In this document: piece after piece, positions 41,689 through 52,070 of the stretch
Numbering within the stretch: the first letter of the stretch is position 1
How the letters are laid out: the number at the start of each line of letters is the position of its first letter
DNA from: Reyranella massiliensis 521
Lineage (GTDB): Bacteria; Pseudomonadota; Alphaproteobacteria; Reyranellales; Reyranellaceae
DNA length: 64,000 nucleotides
Assembly (NCBI GenBank): GCA_945860205.1
Contig: CAMARK010000002.1
Span: forward strand, 19,496 to 83,495
Reading direction: 5' to 3'
Translations under genes and position numbers: made by a program
Notes under the pieces: generated by a model
Database searches by the model: none
Told to the model about the DNA's origin: nothing
What the model saw: only the letters and a program-made list of their open reading frames with translations

Positions 41689-44001
41689 TTACCCGCAGCG
41701 TGAGTAGCCGCAATTGAGACAGACGTCGCAGCCTTCCTGGTGCGTGAGGGAGGCTGCGCCGCAGTTCGGGCACTGTCCCATTGTCGTGGCAGTGCCGCCT
41801 GATGGTTCGCGCGCGCCGGCCGCCAGCCGGACCCGCTGGTCGGCGGCTTCAGTCAGCAGTGGCGCATCGGCCGACGAGAGGAAGCCGATCTCGATCAGGT
41901 GGCGCTCGATCACGCCACCGATCGCTGCCAGCAGTGACGGCACGTAACGGCCCTCCATCCACTGGCCGCCGCGCGGATCGAACACGGCCTTCAGCTCCTC
42001 GACCACAAACGACACGTCGCCGCCGCGGCGGAACACCGCCGAGATCATGCGCGTCAGCGCCACGGTCCAGGCGTAGTGCTCCATATTCTTGGAGTTGATG
42101 AAGATCTCGAACGGCCGGCGGCGGCCGTCCTGCATTACGTCGTTGATGGTGATGTAGATCGCGTGGTCGCTGCCCGGCCATTTGATCTTGTAGGTGCGGC
42201 CCGGCAGATCTTCCGGCCGGTCGAGCGGCTGGGCGATATAGACCACGCCCTCCTCGCGGGCGACCGGCACCAGCGCCGGCACCGCCGAAGACGCGGGCCG
42301 CGGTACTTCGGTTGGCCTCACTTCCAGCACGGCACCGGTCACGTCGTTCGGCCTGTAAGTCGTGCAGCCCTTGCAGCCCTGCGCGTAGGCCTCCTCGTAG
42401 ATACCTTTGAAGGCCTCGAACGAGATGTCGCGCGGCAGGTTGATGGTCTTGGAGATCGAGCTGTCGACGAAATCCTGAGCGGCGGCCTGCATGGCGAGAT
42501 GATCGGCGGGCGTGAGCGTCTGGGCATCGACGAACACGTCCGACGGCGGCGCCTCGTTGCCCTTCAGCTCGCGCCAAGCCCGGAACGCATAATCTTCCAC
42601 GCTTTCCTCGCGCTTGGTTCCGTCCGGTTGCAGCACGTGGCGCACATAGCCGAAGGCGAAGACCGGCTCGATGCCCGAGGAGACATTGTCGGCCAGCAGC
42701 GAGATCGTGCCGGTGGGGGCGATCGAGTTCAGCAGCGCATTGCGGATGCCGTAGCGGCCGATGGCGGTGCGCACGTCCTCGGGCAGGCCGCGGATCGTCT
42801 CGCCGGCCAGGTACTTGGTGCGGTCGTAGAGTTCGAAGCTGCCCTTCTCGGCGGCGATATCGGCCGAGGCGAGATAGGAGAAGCGCTGGACCGCGCCCAA
42901 CCAGTCGCGCGTCAGCCGCACCGCCTCGGGCGAGCCATAGCGCACGCCACAGAAGATCAGCGCGTCGGCCAGGCCCGTGACGCCGAGCCCGATGCGGCGC
43001 TTGGCCTTGGCCTCATTCTCTTGGCTCGCGAGGGGAAAGCGCGACACGTCGACCACGTTGTCGAGCATGCGCACAGCAACCGGCACCAGACGCTCCAGTG
43101 CCTCGAGATCGAGCCGCGCTTCTGGAGTGAAAGGGTTCTTCACCAGCGCCGCAAAATTGATCGAGCCCAGCAGGCAGGCGCCATAAGGCGGCAACGGCTG
43201 CTCACCACAGGGATTGGTCGCCTGGATGGTCTCGCAATAGTGCAGGTTGTTCCGCCGGTTGACGCGATCGATGAAGATCACGCCCGGCTCGGCGACGTCG
43301 TAGGTGGCGCGCATGATCCGTTCCCACAGCGCCTTCGCCTTCACCGTCCTGAAGACCTTGCCGCCGAACACGAGGTCCCAGTCGGCCTCGTCCTTCACCG
43401 CCTTCATGAAGGCATCGGTGACCAGCACCGAGACGTTGAACATGCGCAGGCGGGCGGGATCGCGCTTGGCGTCGACAAAGGCTTCGATGTCGGGATGGTC
43501 GCAGCGCAGCGTCGCCATCATCGCGCCGCGGCGCGAACCCGCGCTCATGATGGTGCGGCACATCGCATCCCACACATCCATGAACGACAGCGGCCCCGAG
43601 GCATCGGCGCCGACGCCTTTCACCGGTGCGCCCTCCGGACGCAGCGTCGAGAAATCGTGCCCGATACCGCCGCCCTGCTGCATGGTAAGTGCCGCTTCGC
43701 GCAGGTTCTCGAAGATCGACGACATGTCGTCGCCGATCGTTCCCATGACGAAGCAGTTGAAGAGCGTGACAGTACGGCCGGTGCCGGCGCCGGCAATCAC
43801 CCGACCCGCCGGCAGGAACTTGAAGCCTTGGAGCGCGTCGTGGAAGCGCCCGGCCCACAATCCAGGATCGCGCTCGGCCCCAGCGAGGGCACGCGCGACG
43901 CGCCACCATGTGGCGTCCAAGTCAGCGTCCGCCTGCCCTGAGGCGTCGCGAAAGCGGTATTTCATGTCCCAGATGCGCTGGGAGACCGGAGCCCATTCCA
44001 T
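41689..44001 (-). CDS. nrdJ: Adenosylcobalamin-dependent (class II) ribonucleotide reductase
   Basis: IWDMKYR, FLPAGR, TLFNCFV, QQGGGIGHDFSTLRP, TNPCGEQPL, RRIGLGVTG, SIAPTGTISL, DSSISKTIN; C-terminal Cys-rich tail (CPNC...EGCDVCLNCGYSRCG); no ATP cone. Confidence 0.93.
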   Translation of the reverse strand: MEWAPVSQRIWDMKYRFRDASGQADADLDATWWRVARALAGAERDPGLWAGRFHDALQGFKFLPAGRVIAGAGTGRTVTLFNCFVMGTIGDDMSSIFENLREAALTMQQGGGIGHDFSTLRPEGAPVKGVGADASGPLSFMDVWDAMCRTIMSAGSRRGAMMATLRCDHPDIEAFVDAKRDPARLRMFNVSVLVTDAFMKAVKDEADWDLVFGGKVFRTVKAKALWERIMRATYDVAEPGVIFIDRVNRRNNLHYCETIQATNPCGEQPLPPYGACLLGSINFAALVKNPFTPEARLDLEALERLVPVAVRMLDNVVDVSRFPLASQENEAKAKRRIGLGVTGLADALIFCGVRYGSPEAVRLTRDWLGAVQRFSYLASADIAAEKGSFELYDRTKYLAGETIRGLPEDVRTAIGRYGIRNALLNSIAPTGTISLLADNVSSGIEPVFAFGYVRHVLQPDGTKREESVEDYAFRAWRELKGNEAPPSDVFVDAQTLTPADHLAMQAAAQDFVDSSISKTINLPRDISFEAFKGIYEEAYAQGCKGCTTYRPNDVTGAVLEVRPTEVPRPASSAVPALVPVAREEGVVYIAQPLDRPEDLPGRTYKIKWPGSDHAIYITINDVMQDGRRRPFEIFINSKNMEHYAWTVALTRMISAVFRRGGDVSFVVEELKAVFDPRGGQWMEGRYVPSLLAAIGGVIERHLIEIGFLSSADAPLLTEAADQRVRLAAGAREPSGGTATTMGQCPNCGAASLTHQEGCDVCLNCGYSRCG

Positions 44002-44036
44002 CAGGTGAATTTAAGCGGAGGACCCGCAGATATCAA
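44002..44036 (-). promoter_or_regulatory. Probable leaderless sigma70 promoter of nrdJ: TTGATA-N17-TAAATT-N6-ATG
   Basis: -35 at 44031-44036, -10 at 44008-44013, ATG at 44001; no purine-rich SD before the ATG. Confidence 0.6.
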
Positions 44037-44042
44037 CAGGAT

Positions 44043-44057
44043 GTTCTTTATTTGTTC
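44043..44057. promoter_or_regulatory. Alphaproteobacterial LexA (SOS) box GTTC-N7-GTTC
   Basis: GTTC-TTTATTT-GTTC, an exact consensus with AT-rich spacer, 6 nt upstream of the nrdJ -35 element. Confidence 0.75.
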
Positions 44058-44789
44058 CTATCGCCGCGCCGTCTTCACAAGCCGGTCTGTCGCCCCCTCG
44101 ATGCTTTCGCGCAGAGTCGCCATGAAGGTTTTCCGGTCGAGCCCCGGCGGAATGGCCGGGAGCACCTCGACATCGATGACGCCCGGCCACTTGAAGAATT
44201 TTCGCCGCCCCCAGAACACCCCCGAATTGATTGCTACCGGCACGACCGGCACGCCGAGCTGCCGATAGAGTGCCGCGGTGCCAACCTGATAAGGCGGCTG
44301 CGCGCCGACCGGCGTCCGCGTGCCCTCCGGGTAGATGAGGAGGGAGCGGCCCTCGGCCAGCGCCGCCTTGGCCTGTCGAACCAGGCCGCGCAGCGCCTTG
44401 GCCCCGTCGCCGCGTTCGACGCCGATGTGGCCAGCCCGCGCCATCGCCCAGCCGACGACGGGAATGAAGAGCAGCTCGCGCTTCAGGATGATCGCGGCGT
44501 TGGGAAACAACAGGGCGAAGGCCAGCGTCTCCCACGTCGATTGATGCTTGCAGGCGATGATGACCGGGCCGGCAGGCATGTTGCCAAGACCACCCAGGCG
44601 ATGCGTGAGGCGGCAGGTCAGCCGCAGCCAGCCGAGGCAGAAGCGGATCCAGAAATGCGACCAGGCAACGACCCAACGCCGCGGCGCCAACAGGAGCGGC
44701 AAGCCCACGACGGCGATTGCGGCCGTGCCCACATACCAGCCGACATTGAAGAGCAGCGAGCGAAAGCTGAGGAAGCCAGAATGGGACAT
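44058..44789 (-). CDS. plsC: 1-acyl-sn-glycerol-3-phosphate acyltransferase
   Basis: CKHQSTWET (HX4D-like), ILKREL, IYPEGTR motifs. Confidence 0.9.
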   Translation of the reverse strand: MSHSGFLSFRSLLFNVGWYVGTAAIAVVGLPLLLAPRRWVVAWSHFWIRFCLGWLRLTCRLTHRLGGLGNMPAGPVIIACKHQSTWETLAFALLFPNAAIILKRELLFIPVVGWAMARAGHIGVERGDGAKALRGLVRQAKAALAEGRSLLIYPEGTRTPVGAQPPYQVGTAALYRQLGVPVVPVAINSGVFWGRRKFFKWPGVIDVEVLPAIPPGLDRKTFMATLRESIEGATDRLVKTARR

Positions 44790-44883
44790 GAAGGGCGGGG
44801 GCACGACCGTGTTGCTTGTAAGGCCAGTTTTAGTGGCCTAACGTCCGCCCGCAAGCACATCTAGGGGAACTTCCCCACTCATC

Positions 44884-45576
44884 ATGCACGTCACTTGTTC
44901 AAACTGCGGAGCCCGGTACGCCGTCGATCCGGCGGCGCTCGGTCAGGGCGGACGCACCGTCCAGTGCGCCCGATGCAGCCATCGCTGGTTCGCGAAGCCC
45001 GAGGCCGCGTCGGCGGCCCCCCCGGACTCCGCGCCGCGGGCGCAATCCGTGCCGGATTTCGTGATCCGGCCGCAGGCCCAGTGCGCAGGCCTGCCGGCGC
45101 TTACGCGACCACAGCCCAGGAGCCATGGCGGCCGGTGGCTGATGGGCGCTGCCATCGTGGTCGTCGTGCTCGGCGCCGCGGCCTTTGCCGGACGAGACAA
45201 GATCAGGGAACAGCTGTCGCCCCAATGGCAATCGATCCTCAGCCTCGACACGCTCCGCTCGCTGTTCGGGGCGCCAACGGCAACGAGCCGCCCTGCCCCG
45301 GCCAACCGGGCACGGCTCGAGATCGATCTCGATGCCACCAAGGTCGAGTTGGTCGACGGCCGCTATGTCGTGCAGGGCGACGTCGTCAACACCGGCCGTG
45401 CCCCGGGGTCGACCAGCCGGCTGAAACTGATCTTCCGGAAGGACAACGACGTGCTGGGCGAACGCGCCTACCCGTTGGTTCACGGCCCGATCGGGCCCGG
45501 CGCCCGGGCGAGCTTTCGCCAGACGCTCGACGAGCCGCCTTCCGGTACCACCGAGATCGTGCCCACTATCGAATAG
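44884..45576 (+). CDS. Zinc-ribbon (MJ0042-type finger) membrane protein
   Basis: CSNCGARY...GRTVQCARCSHRW zinc ribbon, one TM helix, periplasmic C-terminal domain. Confidence 0.82.
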   Translation: MHVTCSNCGARYAVDPAALGQGGRTVQCARCSHRWFAKPEAASAAPPDSAPRAQSVPDFVIRPQAQCAGLPALTRPQPRSHGGRWLMGAAIVVVVLGAAAFAGRDKIREQLSPQWQSILSLDTLRSLFGAPTATSRPAPANRARLEIDLDATKVELVDGRYVVQGDVVNTGRAPGSTSRLKLIFRKDNDVLGERAYPLVHGPIGPGARASFRQTLDEPPSGTTEIVPTIE

Positions 45577-45587
45577 CTGAGTCCGCC

Positions 45588-46127
45588 ATGCCCAACCGCC
45601 CATCCGTCTCTATCCGCTTTTCCGCCGCCGAGATCGCCGCCCGCGTCGATGTCATGGCGGGTGAACTCGCGGGCAAGCTCCCCGCCGACACGCTGGTCGT
45701 GTCGGTGCTGAAGGGCAGCTTCGTGTTCGCCGCCGACCTCATCCGCGCCCTCAGCCTGGCCGGCGCCGACTGGTCGATGGATTTCCTCACCCTCTCCAGC
45801 TACGGCAGCGGCACCGAAAGCAGCGGCAGCGTGCGGATCGTACGCGATATCGTCGACGACGTGCGCGGCCGCGACGTGCTGCTGGTCGACGATATTCTGG
45901 AATCGGGCCTCACCCTCAGCTTCGCCAAGAAGCTCATGCTCGAGCGCGGCGCGCGCCGCGTCTCGATCTGCACGCTCCTCGACAAGACGATGAAGCGGCG
46001 CACGGCGCTCGACGCCGATTTCGTGGGCTTCCAGGCCGGCGACGAGTTTCTCGTCGGCTACGGACTAGACTGGGCGCACCGCTTCCGCGGCCTGCCCTAT
46101 ATCGGAGTGGTGGAGAAGACGGTTTAG
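45588..46127 (+). CDS. hpt: Hypoxanthine phosphoribosyltransferase
   Basis: ATG 45588; VLKGSFVFAADL, LSSYG, VLLVDDILESGLTL (PRPP site), FLVGYGLD. Confidence 0.94.
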   Translation: MPNRPSVSIRFSAAEIAARVDVMAGELAGKLPADTLVVSVLKGSFVFAADLIRALSLAGADWSMDFLTLSSYGSGTESSGSVRIVRDIVDDVRGRDVLLVDDILESGLTLSFAKKLMLERGARRVSICTLLDKTMKRRTALDADFVGFQAGDEFLVGYGLDWAHRFRGLPYIGVVEKTV

Positions 46128-48721
46128 TACGTCTTCAGCAGGCGATCGATGTATTCGAGCTCTTCCTTCGGCCGCAGCTGGTCGCCGGCGCGACGGCGCA
46201 GCTCGTCGAGGATCTCGCGGCTGCGCTGACGTTCGAGCTCAAGCGGCACCTTGTCGGTGCCGGTGTCGACCGCATCGCCATAGTTGCCGTCGGAACGGCC
46301 GAGCGGATCGCGATCCTCGCTCTTGCGCTCGCGCTCCTCGATCTCGGCGAGATCCTGAGCGTTGCCCGGCCCGCGCTGGCGCATCTGGTCGGCCATGTCG
46401 CCCATGCCCTGCTGAAGATTGTCGAGGGCGCGCCGCTGCGAGCGCGACGCTTCGCGTGAATCACCTCGGCGCAGCGACTCCTCGGCCTCGCGCATGGAGC
46501 GTTCGGCACGGCCCAGCGCCTCGGGCATCGGCATACCGTTCTCGTCGAGGCGGCGCATGAGATCGCCGAGCTGGCGGCGCAGGCCTTCCTGCTGGCCGCG
46601 CTGCTGTTCGCCCCACTGGCCGTCGCCGGGCTGTCCCTGACCCTGACCAGGTTGTCCCTGCCCCGGCTGCTGGCCCTGACCCTGTTGGCCCTGCTGACCA
46701 CGCTGGCCCTGTTGGCCGCGCTGTCCTTGTTGACCCTGCTGGCCCTGCTGGCGGCCCTCACGCTCCGACTCGCCCAGAAGCTGGTTCTGGCGGCGCGACA
46801 GGCGGTCGAGCTGGTTCATCATCTCGCGGCCCTGCTGATTGCCCTGGCCCTGCTGGCCGCGCTGCTGGCCGGGTTGGCGCTGCTGGCCGGGCTGGGCCAT
46901 CATCGGCGTGGCGTTTTCCATCATCTTTCGCAGCTCTTCGAGCGCACGCTTGGCACCCTCGCGGTCGCCGTTCTTCGCCATCTCGCGAATCTTGTCGAGC
47001 ATCTTCTGCAGGTCGTCGCCGGTGATGGTGTTGTTGGGATCCATCTTCTCCGCCTGCTCCTGCATGCGGCGGCGTTCCTCGGGATCCTTCATCTTCTCGG
47101 CGAGTTCGCGCTGCCAGCGGGCCATCGCGTCGTAGAGCTGCTGAATGAGTTTCTCGATCTCCTCGTCGCCGGCCTGGCGCTGCATGGCGTCGCGCAGTTC
47201 CTGGCGCGCCTGCTCGAGTGCCTGCTCGGCTTCGGACGTGGCACCGCTCTCGAGGCGCATGGCGAGGTCCCAGAGGAGCTTCTGGGTCTCCGTGATATTC
47301 TCCTTGTCGCCGTTCTGTGCCAGCCGTGCCGCGCCGATGCGCAGGCCGAGCTGGACGACCGGATCCTCGCGATAGCTCTCCGGCTTGACCTGGATCATGC
47401 GCATGCCGTCGACGACATCGGTACGGTAGCCCTTGGGGTCCCGCGTCAGCGCCTTGCGCAGCACGATCAGCGCACGCGCCGTCGGATCGTTAAAAACCCG
47501 CTCGGGCAACAGGAAGGTCTCGACGGCGCTGCGGCCCTTCTGGTCGATGGCATCCGACGCGAACAGCATGACCGTGACCTTGAGGCCGGCCCACGGATGG
47601 GCGGTGAGGTCGCGCACAAAGGTATCCGCCACCTTCTTGGTGTTGCCGGCGACCGGCAGGTCGATACGCAGGACCTCGGGCTCCTCGTCGCTGCTGAGGG
47701 CATCGTCGCCGAGCGCGCTGCCGTGCAGCCGGATCTGGAGCTGAACGCCCTTGATGCCGAAATCGTCGCCGGCGATGTACTCGATCTTGGTCGACCACTT
47801 GTCGACAGCCATCGGGCGGGCGAACTCGATGGTCGGCGCCAGATCGGGAATGACGTGCAGCTTCCAGCGCGCCTGTTCGTCGCCGCGCGCCTGCAGCGCG
47901 ATCTGCTTGCCTTCGGTGATGACCTGCTCGACCTGGTACTTGCCCTTGCCGACGGTGGTGAATTCGGTCGTCTTGCCGTCGATCGCGAGCAGCGGCGGCT
48001 TGCGGCCGCGCACGTCATCGACAAAGCCCGCCAGCTTGCTGCCGACCGGCACGCGCAGGAGCTTGTCGCGATCGTTGACGTCGAGATAGATCGGCGGCTT
48101 GCCGGTATAGGCGGGTGGCGCGATCCACAGATTGGCGACCACCGGCGGCGGCGGCGGAAAGGCCGGCGTGAAGGCCGCCGTCATGCGGTCGGCGCGCCAG
48201 CCCCCGGCGCTCGCGACCGCCACGATCAGCAGCAGCACCGGCACGAGGCGGAGCGCCCAGGTGTCGAGCTTGGCAAGTCCGGGATGGGCCGGCTTGTTGC
48301 CGAGGCCCGCCAGGCGCTCGACCTCACGGCGACGATGGGCGTCCCAGAGGGCGACGGCCATCGGATCGCCCTCGCCGGCAGCGAGGCGATCCTGCACGGC
48401 CACCAGCGGCCGGTGCGGCACGCCGCTGTCACGCTCGAGCCGACGGATCGCATCTTCCCGCGCGGGCCAGGCAAAATTGCGGAGTTCCCACCAGGCGAGC
48501 CCGCCCAGGGCAAGCGCCAGCACGGCCAGCAAGCCGGTATGGGTCCAGGGTTCGAGGCCGGAGAAGAGATCGAGGTGGGCCGCCGCCACGAACAGGGCGG
48601 CATAGGCCAGGATCGGCACCAGGCGCGGCCACAGGCCTTCCCAGGCAAGCGCCGCCCACGCCACACCGATCTTGCGCCGGAGGCCGGGCGCTTCAATCGT
48701 TGAGGTCTGGCTGGCGTCCAT
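46124..48721 (-). CDS. TIGR02302 / DUF4175-family coiled-coil membrane protein
   Basis: WAALAWEGLWPRL N-terminus, LWIAPPAYTGKPP, DDFG, LTAHPWAG, GQ-rich linker, DPLGR...RSREILDELRRR...ELEYIDRLL C-terminus; typical position after lysA. Confidence 0.88.
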   Translation of the reverse strand: MDASQTSTIEAPGLRRKIGVAWAALAWEGLWPRLVPILAYAALFVAAAHLDLFSGLEPWTHTGLLAVLALALGGLAWWELRNFAWPAREDAIRRLERDSGVPHRPLVAVQDRLAAGEGDPMAVALWDAHRRREVERLAGLGNKPAHPGLAKLDTWALRLVPVLLLIVAVASAGGWRADRMTAAFTPAFPPPPPVVANLWIAPPAYTGKPPIYLDVNDRDKLLRVPVGSKLAGFVDDVRGRKPPLLAIDGKTTEFTTVGKGKYQVEQVITEGKQIALQARGDEQARWKLHVIPDLAPTIEFARPMAVDKWSTKIEYIAGDDFGIKGVQLQIRLHGSALGDDALSSDEEPEVLRIDLPVAGNTKKVADTFVRDLTAHPWAGLKVTVMLFASDAIDQKGRSAVETFLLPERVFNDPTARALIVLRKALTRDPKGYRTDVVDGMRMIQVKPESYREDPVVQLGLRIGAARLAQNGDKENITETQKLLWDLAMRLESGATSEAEQALEQARQELRDAMQRQAGDEEIEKLIQQLYDAMARWQRELAEKMKDPEERRRMQEQAEKMDPNNTITGDDLQKMLDKIREMAKNGDREGAKRALEELRKMMENATPMMAQPGQQRQPGQQRGQQGQGNQQGREMMNQLDRLSRRQNQLLGESEREGRQQGQQGQQGQRGQQGQRGQQGQQGQGQQPGQGQPGQGQGQPGDGQWGEQQRGQQEGLRRQLGDLMRRLDENGMPMPEALGRAERSMREAEESLRRGDSREASRSQRRALDNLQQGMGDMADQMRQRGPGNAQDLAEIEERERKSEDRDPLGRSDGNYGDAVDTGTDKVPLELERQRSREILDELRRRAGDQLRPKEELEYIDRLLKTY

Positions 48722-48734
48722 CGCCGTCCTTTCG

Positions 48735-50009
48735 TTACGCTTTTACCGGCTCCATCCAGGGCGGAAACCGCTCGGCCCGGAGCATCTCGTCGATCGTCGG
48801 TCTGGGTCTGATGACCGCAAATCGCGTGCCATCGACCATCACTTCCGGTGCCAGGGGGCGGCTGTTGTAGCTGGAAGCCATGACCGCCCCATAGGCACCG
48901 GCCGAGCGTATCATGACGAGGTCGCCGGCAGCCAGCGGGGGTAGATCACGGTTCTGTGCCAGAAAATCGCCCGATTCGCAGATCGGACCGACAATGTCGC
49001 AGCGGATCGTGGCGGTATCTTGGCGGGGTTGGCGCACCGACAGGATATCATGCCAGGCCTCATACAATGTCGGCCGGATGAGGTCGTTCATGGCGGCGTC
49101 GACAATGACGAAAGTCTTTGCCGCGCCGGGCTTCACGAGGATGACCTCGCTCACCAGGACGCCGGCCTCGCCGACCAGGCGCCGGCCCGGCTCGAAGGTG
49201 AGTTCGCAGTCGAGTCCCGCCGTCTCCCGGGCCACCACGGCCATGAATTCGGCGATCGAGGGTGGCTTTTCGTCGGCATAAACAATCCCCAGGCCGCCGC
49301 CGATGTCGAAGCGGTCGATGCGATGGCCGTCGGCGCGCAATTGCCCGACCAACTCGCGCACCCGCACGATGGCGGCGCGGTAAGGATCGAGCGACGTAAG
49401 CTGCGAGCCGATGTGCATTGCCACGCCGACCACGTTGAGATTGGGCAGCCGTCCGGCCAGCGCAAAGGCCTCGCGCGCGAGGTCGATGTCGATGCCGAAC
49501 TTGTTCTCCTTGCGCCCCGTCGTGATCTTGGCGTGCGTGCCGGCATCGACGTCGGGATTGACGCGTATGGTGATGTCGGCCCGGACGCCGAGCTGGCCCG
49601 CAACCGCGTTCAGCGTCTCGAGCTCGGCCGTGCTCTCGACATTGATCTGGCCGACCTTGGCCTGCAGGGCCTCCATGAGCTCCGAGGCCTTCTTGCCGAC
49701 GCCGGAATAGATGATGCGATCGGCCGGGATGCCGGCCGCGAGCGCGCGGCGCATCTCACCCACCGAGACGATGTCGGCGCCGGCGCCCATCTCGCCGAAC
49801 AGGCGGATGACCGCGAGGTTGCTGTTGGCCTTCATGGCGTAACAAACACTGGCCTTCATGCCCTTGATGCCGTCGGCGAATTCGCGCCATCCCGCACGCA
49901 GTGCCCCGGCGGAATAGCAATAGAAGGGCGTGCCAACCTGGGCCGCGATCGCGGCCAGCGTCACGCCTTCGGCGTGCATCTCGCCGTTGCGGTACTCGAA
50001 GAAGCTCAT
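48735..50009 (-). CDS. lysA: Diaminopimelate decarboxylase
   Basis: Start moved to ATG 50009; [16 protein letters not shown] (PLP Lys), HAKITTG...[39 protein letters not shown]. Confidence 0.96.
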   Translation of the reverse strand: MSFFEYRNGEMHAEGVTLAAIAAQVGTPFYCYSAGALRAGWREFADGIKGMKASVCYAMKANSNLAVIRLFGEMGAGADIVSVGEMRRALAAGIPADRIIYSGVGKKASELMEALQAKVGQINVESTAELETLNAVAGQLGVRADITIRVNPDVDAGTHAKITTGRKENKFGIDIDLAREAFALAGRLPNLNVVGVAMHIGSQLTSLDPYRAAIVRVRELVGQLRADGHRIDRFDIGGGLGIVYADEKPPSIAEFMAVVARETAGLDCELTFEPGRRLVGEAGVLVSEVILVKPGAAKTFVIVDAAMNDLIRPTLYEAWHDILSVRQPRQDTATIRCDIVGPICESGDFLAQNRDLPPLAAGDLVMIRSAGAYGAVMASSYNSRPLAPEVMVDGTRFAVIRPRPTIDEMLRAERFPPWMEPVKA

Positions 50010-51448
50010 CGCCGCGATCCCTTTGTGCGTCCCACGAAACGGCGCCGCGCTTCCTTGACCGCGCGCACCACATTGGCCGGCGCCGTGCCGCCCAGACTCT
50101 TGCGCGCCTTGACCGAGGCCTCGACCGTGAGCACGCGATAGACGCCGCGGTCGATCCGGGGCTCGACGGCCCGCATCTCCGCCAGCGACAGTTTGTCGAG
50201 GTCGACGCCCTTGTCGGAAGCGATGCCCACGAGCCGGCCGGTGACGTGGTGTGCCTGGCGGAACGGCAGGTTGATCTCGCGGACCAGCCAGTCGGCAAGA
50301 TCGGTCGCCACCGAATAGTCGGCCGACGCCACGGCGCGCATGCGGGCCGGGTTCGCCTTGAGGTCGCGCACCATGCCGGCCATCGCCGCCACGCCAAGCT
50401 CCAGCGAGTCGGCAGCGTCGAACAGCGGCTCCTTGTCCTCCTGCATGTCCTTGCCGTAGGTGAGCGGCAGGCCCTTCAGCATGGTGCAGAGCGCCACGAA
50501 GGCGCCGACGATGCGGCCGGTCTTGCCGCGTGTCAGCTCGGCGGCATCGGGATTGCGCTTCTGCGGCATGATCGAGCTGCCGGTGGTGAAGGCGTCCGAC
50601 AGCGCGATGAAGCGAAAGGGCGCGGAGCACCAGATCACGATCTCTTCCGACAGCCGCGACAGGTGCACGGCCGTGAGCGAGGCAGCGGCAATGAATTCGA
50701 CGACGTAGTCGCGGTCGGACACGGCGTCGAGCGAATTGGCCATCGGCCGGTCGAAGCCCAGCGCCTTGGCGGTATGCCGGGGATCGATCGGATGCGGCGA
50801 GCCGGCCAGGGCGGCGGCGCCGAGGGGCGACTCGTTCAAGCGCACGCGGCAATCGACGAACCGGCTGCGGTCGCGTCCGAACATCTCGACATAGGCCATG
50901 AGATGATGGCCGAAGGTGATCGGCTGCGCCGTCTGCAGGTGCGTAAAACCCGGCATGATGGTGGCGGCATATTCCTCGGCGCGGTCGATCAGGGCCGCCT
51001 GCAGGTCGGCCAGCATCGGCTCCAGGCGGTCGATCGTGTCGCGCACCCACAGCCGGACGTCGAGCGCCACCTGGTCGTTGCGCGAACGCGCCGTATGCAG
51101 CCGGCCGCCGGCCGGGCCGATCAGCTCGGTCAGCCGCGCCTCGACGTTGAAATGGATGTCCTCGAGCTTGGTCGAGAACTTGAAGCGGCCGCTCTCGATC
51201 TCCTCGCGCACCTTGAGCAGCCCGCGCTTGATGGCGCGGCCGTCCTTGGCCGTCAGGATGCCCTGGGCCACCAGCATGTCGCAGTGGGCCAGCGAGCCCG
51301 CGATGTCCTGCGCGTACAGCCGCCGGTCGAAATCGATGGAGGCGTTGATCCGCTCCATGATTTCCGCCGGGCCGAGCTTGTAGCGGCCGCCCCACATTGT
51401 ATTGGAGCGACTCTTCACCGCTCGCGCAGTCGTGTTCTTTCGTGCCAT
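50006..51448 (-). CDS. argH: Argininosuccinate lyase
   Basis: [51 protein letters not shown]. Confidence 0.96.
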   Translation of the reverse strand: MARKNTTARAVKSRSNTMWGGRYKLGPAEIMERINASIDFDRRLYAQDIAGSLAHCDMLVAQGILTAKDGRAIKRGLLKVREEIESGRFKFSTKLEDIHFNVEARLTELIGPAGGRLHTARSRNDQVALDVRLWVRDTIDRLEPMLADLQAALIDRAEEYAATIMPGFTHLQTAQPITFGHHLMAYVEMFGRDRSRFVDCRVRLNESPLGAAALAGSPHPIDPRHTAKALGFDRPMANSLDAVSDRDYVVEFIAAASLTAVHLSRLSEEIVIWCSAPFRFIALSDAFTTGSSIMPQKRNPDAAELTRGKTGRIVGAFVALCTMLKGLPLTYGKDMQEDKEPLFDAADSLELGVAAMAGMVRDLKANPARMRAVASADYSVATDLADWLVREINLPFRQAHHVTGRLVGIASDKGVDLDKLSLAEMRAVEPRIDRGVYRVLTVEASVKARKSLGGTAPANVVRAVKEARRRFVGRTKGSRR

Positions 51449-51483
51449 GAATTCGAGCCATTGATCCTATAGGAACGCGGCTT

Positions 51484-52050
51484 ATGGCATATCCCGACCC
51501 CAATTTCCTCCCTGGCCGGAGGTACATTCTCTCCGGTGCCCTCTCCTGTACCGTGGCCGCGCTCGCGCTTCCCGCGCGGGCGGCGGGAGAAATGAGCAGG
51601 TTCGAGAAGGCAAAGACCCTTAAGCTCCTGCCCGATGCAGCGTTCCAGGACGCCAACGACAAGCCGCTGCGCTTCGCCGATTTCCACGGCCGGGCCCTGC
51701 TGATCAATTTCTGGGCGACCTGGTGCGTGCCCTGCGTCAAGGAGATGCCGAGCCTCGACCGGCTGCAGGCGATGTTCCCTCAGGACAAGTTCCTGGTCCT
51801 GCCGCTGTCGATCGACGGGCCGACCAAGCCCAAGGTCGCGCCGTTCTACAAGGACAAGAAGCTCACCAACCTCGGCATCTATTTCGACCCGGGCCGCAAG
51901 GCGATGCAGGGCCTTGGAGTGACCTTGCTGCCGACTTCGATCCTGGTCGATCCGCAAGGTAGGGAACTCGGTCGCCTGGAGGGTGATGCCGACTGGGATA
52001 TGCCAGAGGGCGTCGCCCTCATGAAGGCCGCCATCGCCAGCCAAAGCTAA
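51484..52050 (+). CDS. TlpA-family thiol:disulfide oxidoreductase
   Basis: LINFWATWCVPCVKEMPSL (CXXC), LPTSILVD; divergent from argH as is common in alphaproteobacteria. Confidence 0.92.
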   Translation: MAYPDPNFLPGRRYILSGALSCTVAALALPARAAGEMSRFEKAKTLKLLPDAAFQDANDKPLRFADFHGRALLINFWATWCVPCVKEMPSLDRLQAMFPQDKFLVLPLSIDGPTKPKVAPFYKDKKLTNLGIYFDPGRKAMQGLGVTLLPTSILVDPQGRELGRLEGDADWDMPEGVALMKAAIASQS

Positions 52051-52070
52051 CAAGGCTAACAGGACACGCC

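Noticed and set aside
46600-46900. Short tandem GQQ/GQP repeats
   Set aside because: This is an in-frame low-complexity linker typical of the DUF4175/TIGR02302 family, not a CRISPR array or VNTR.
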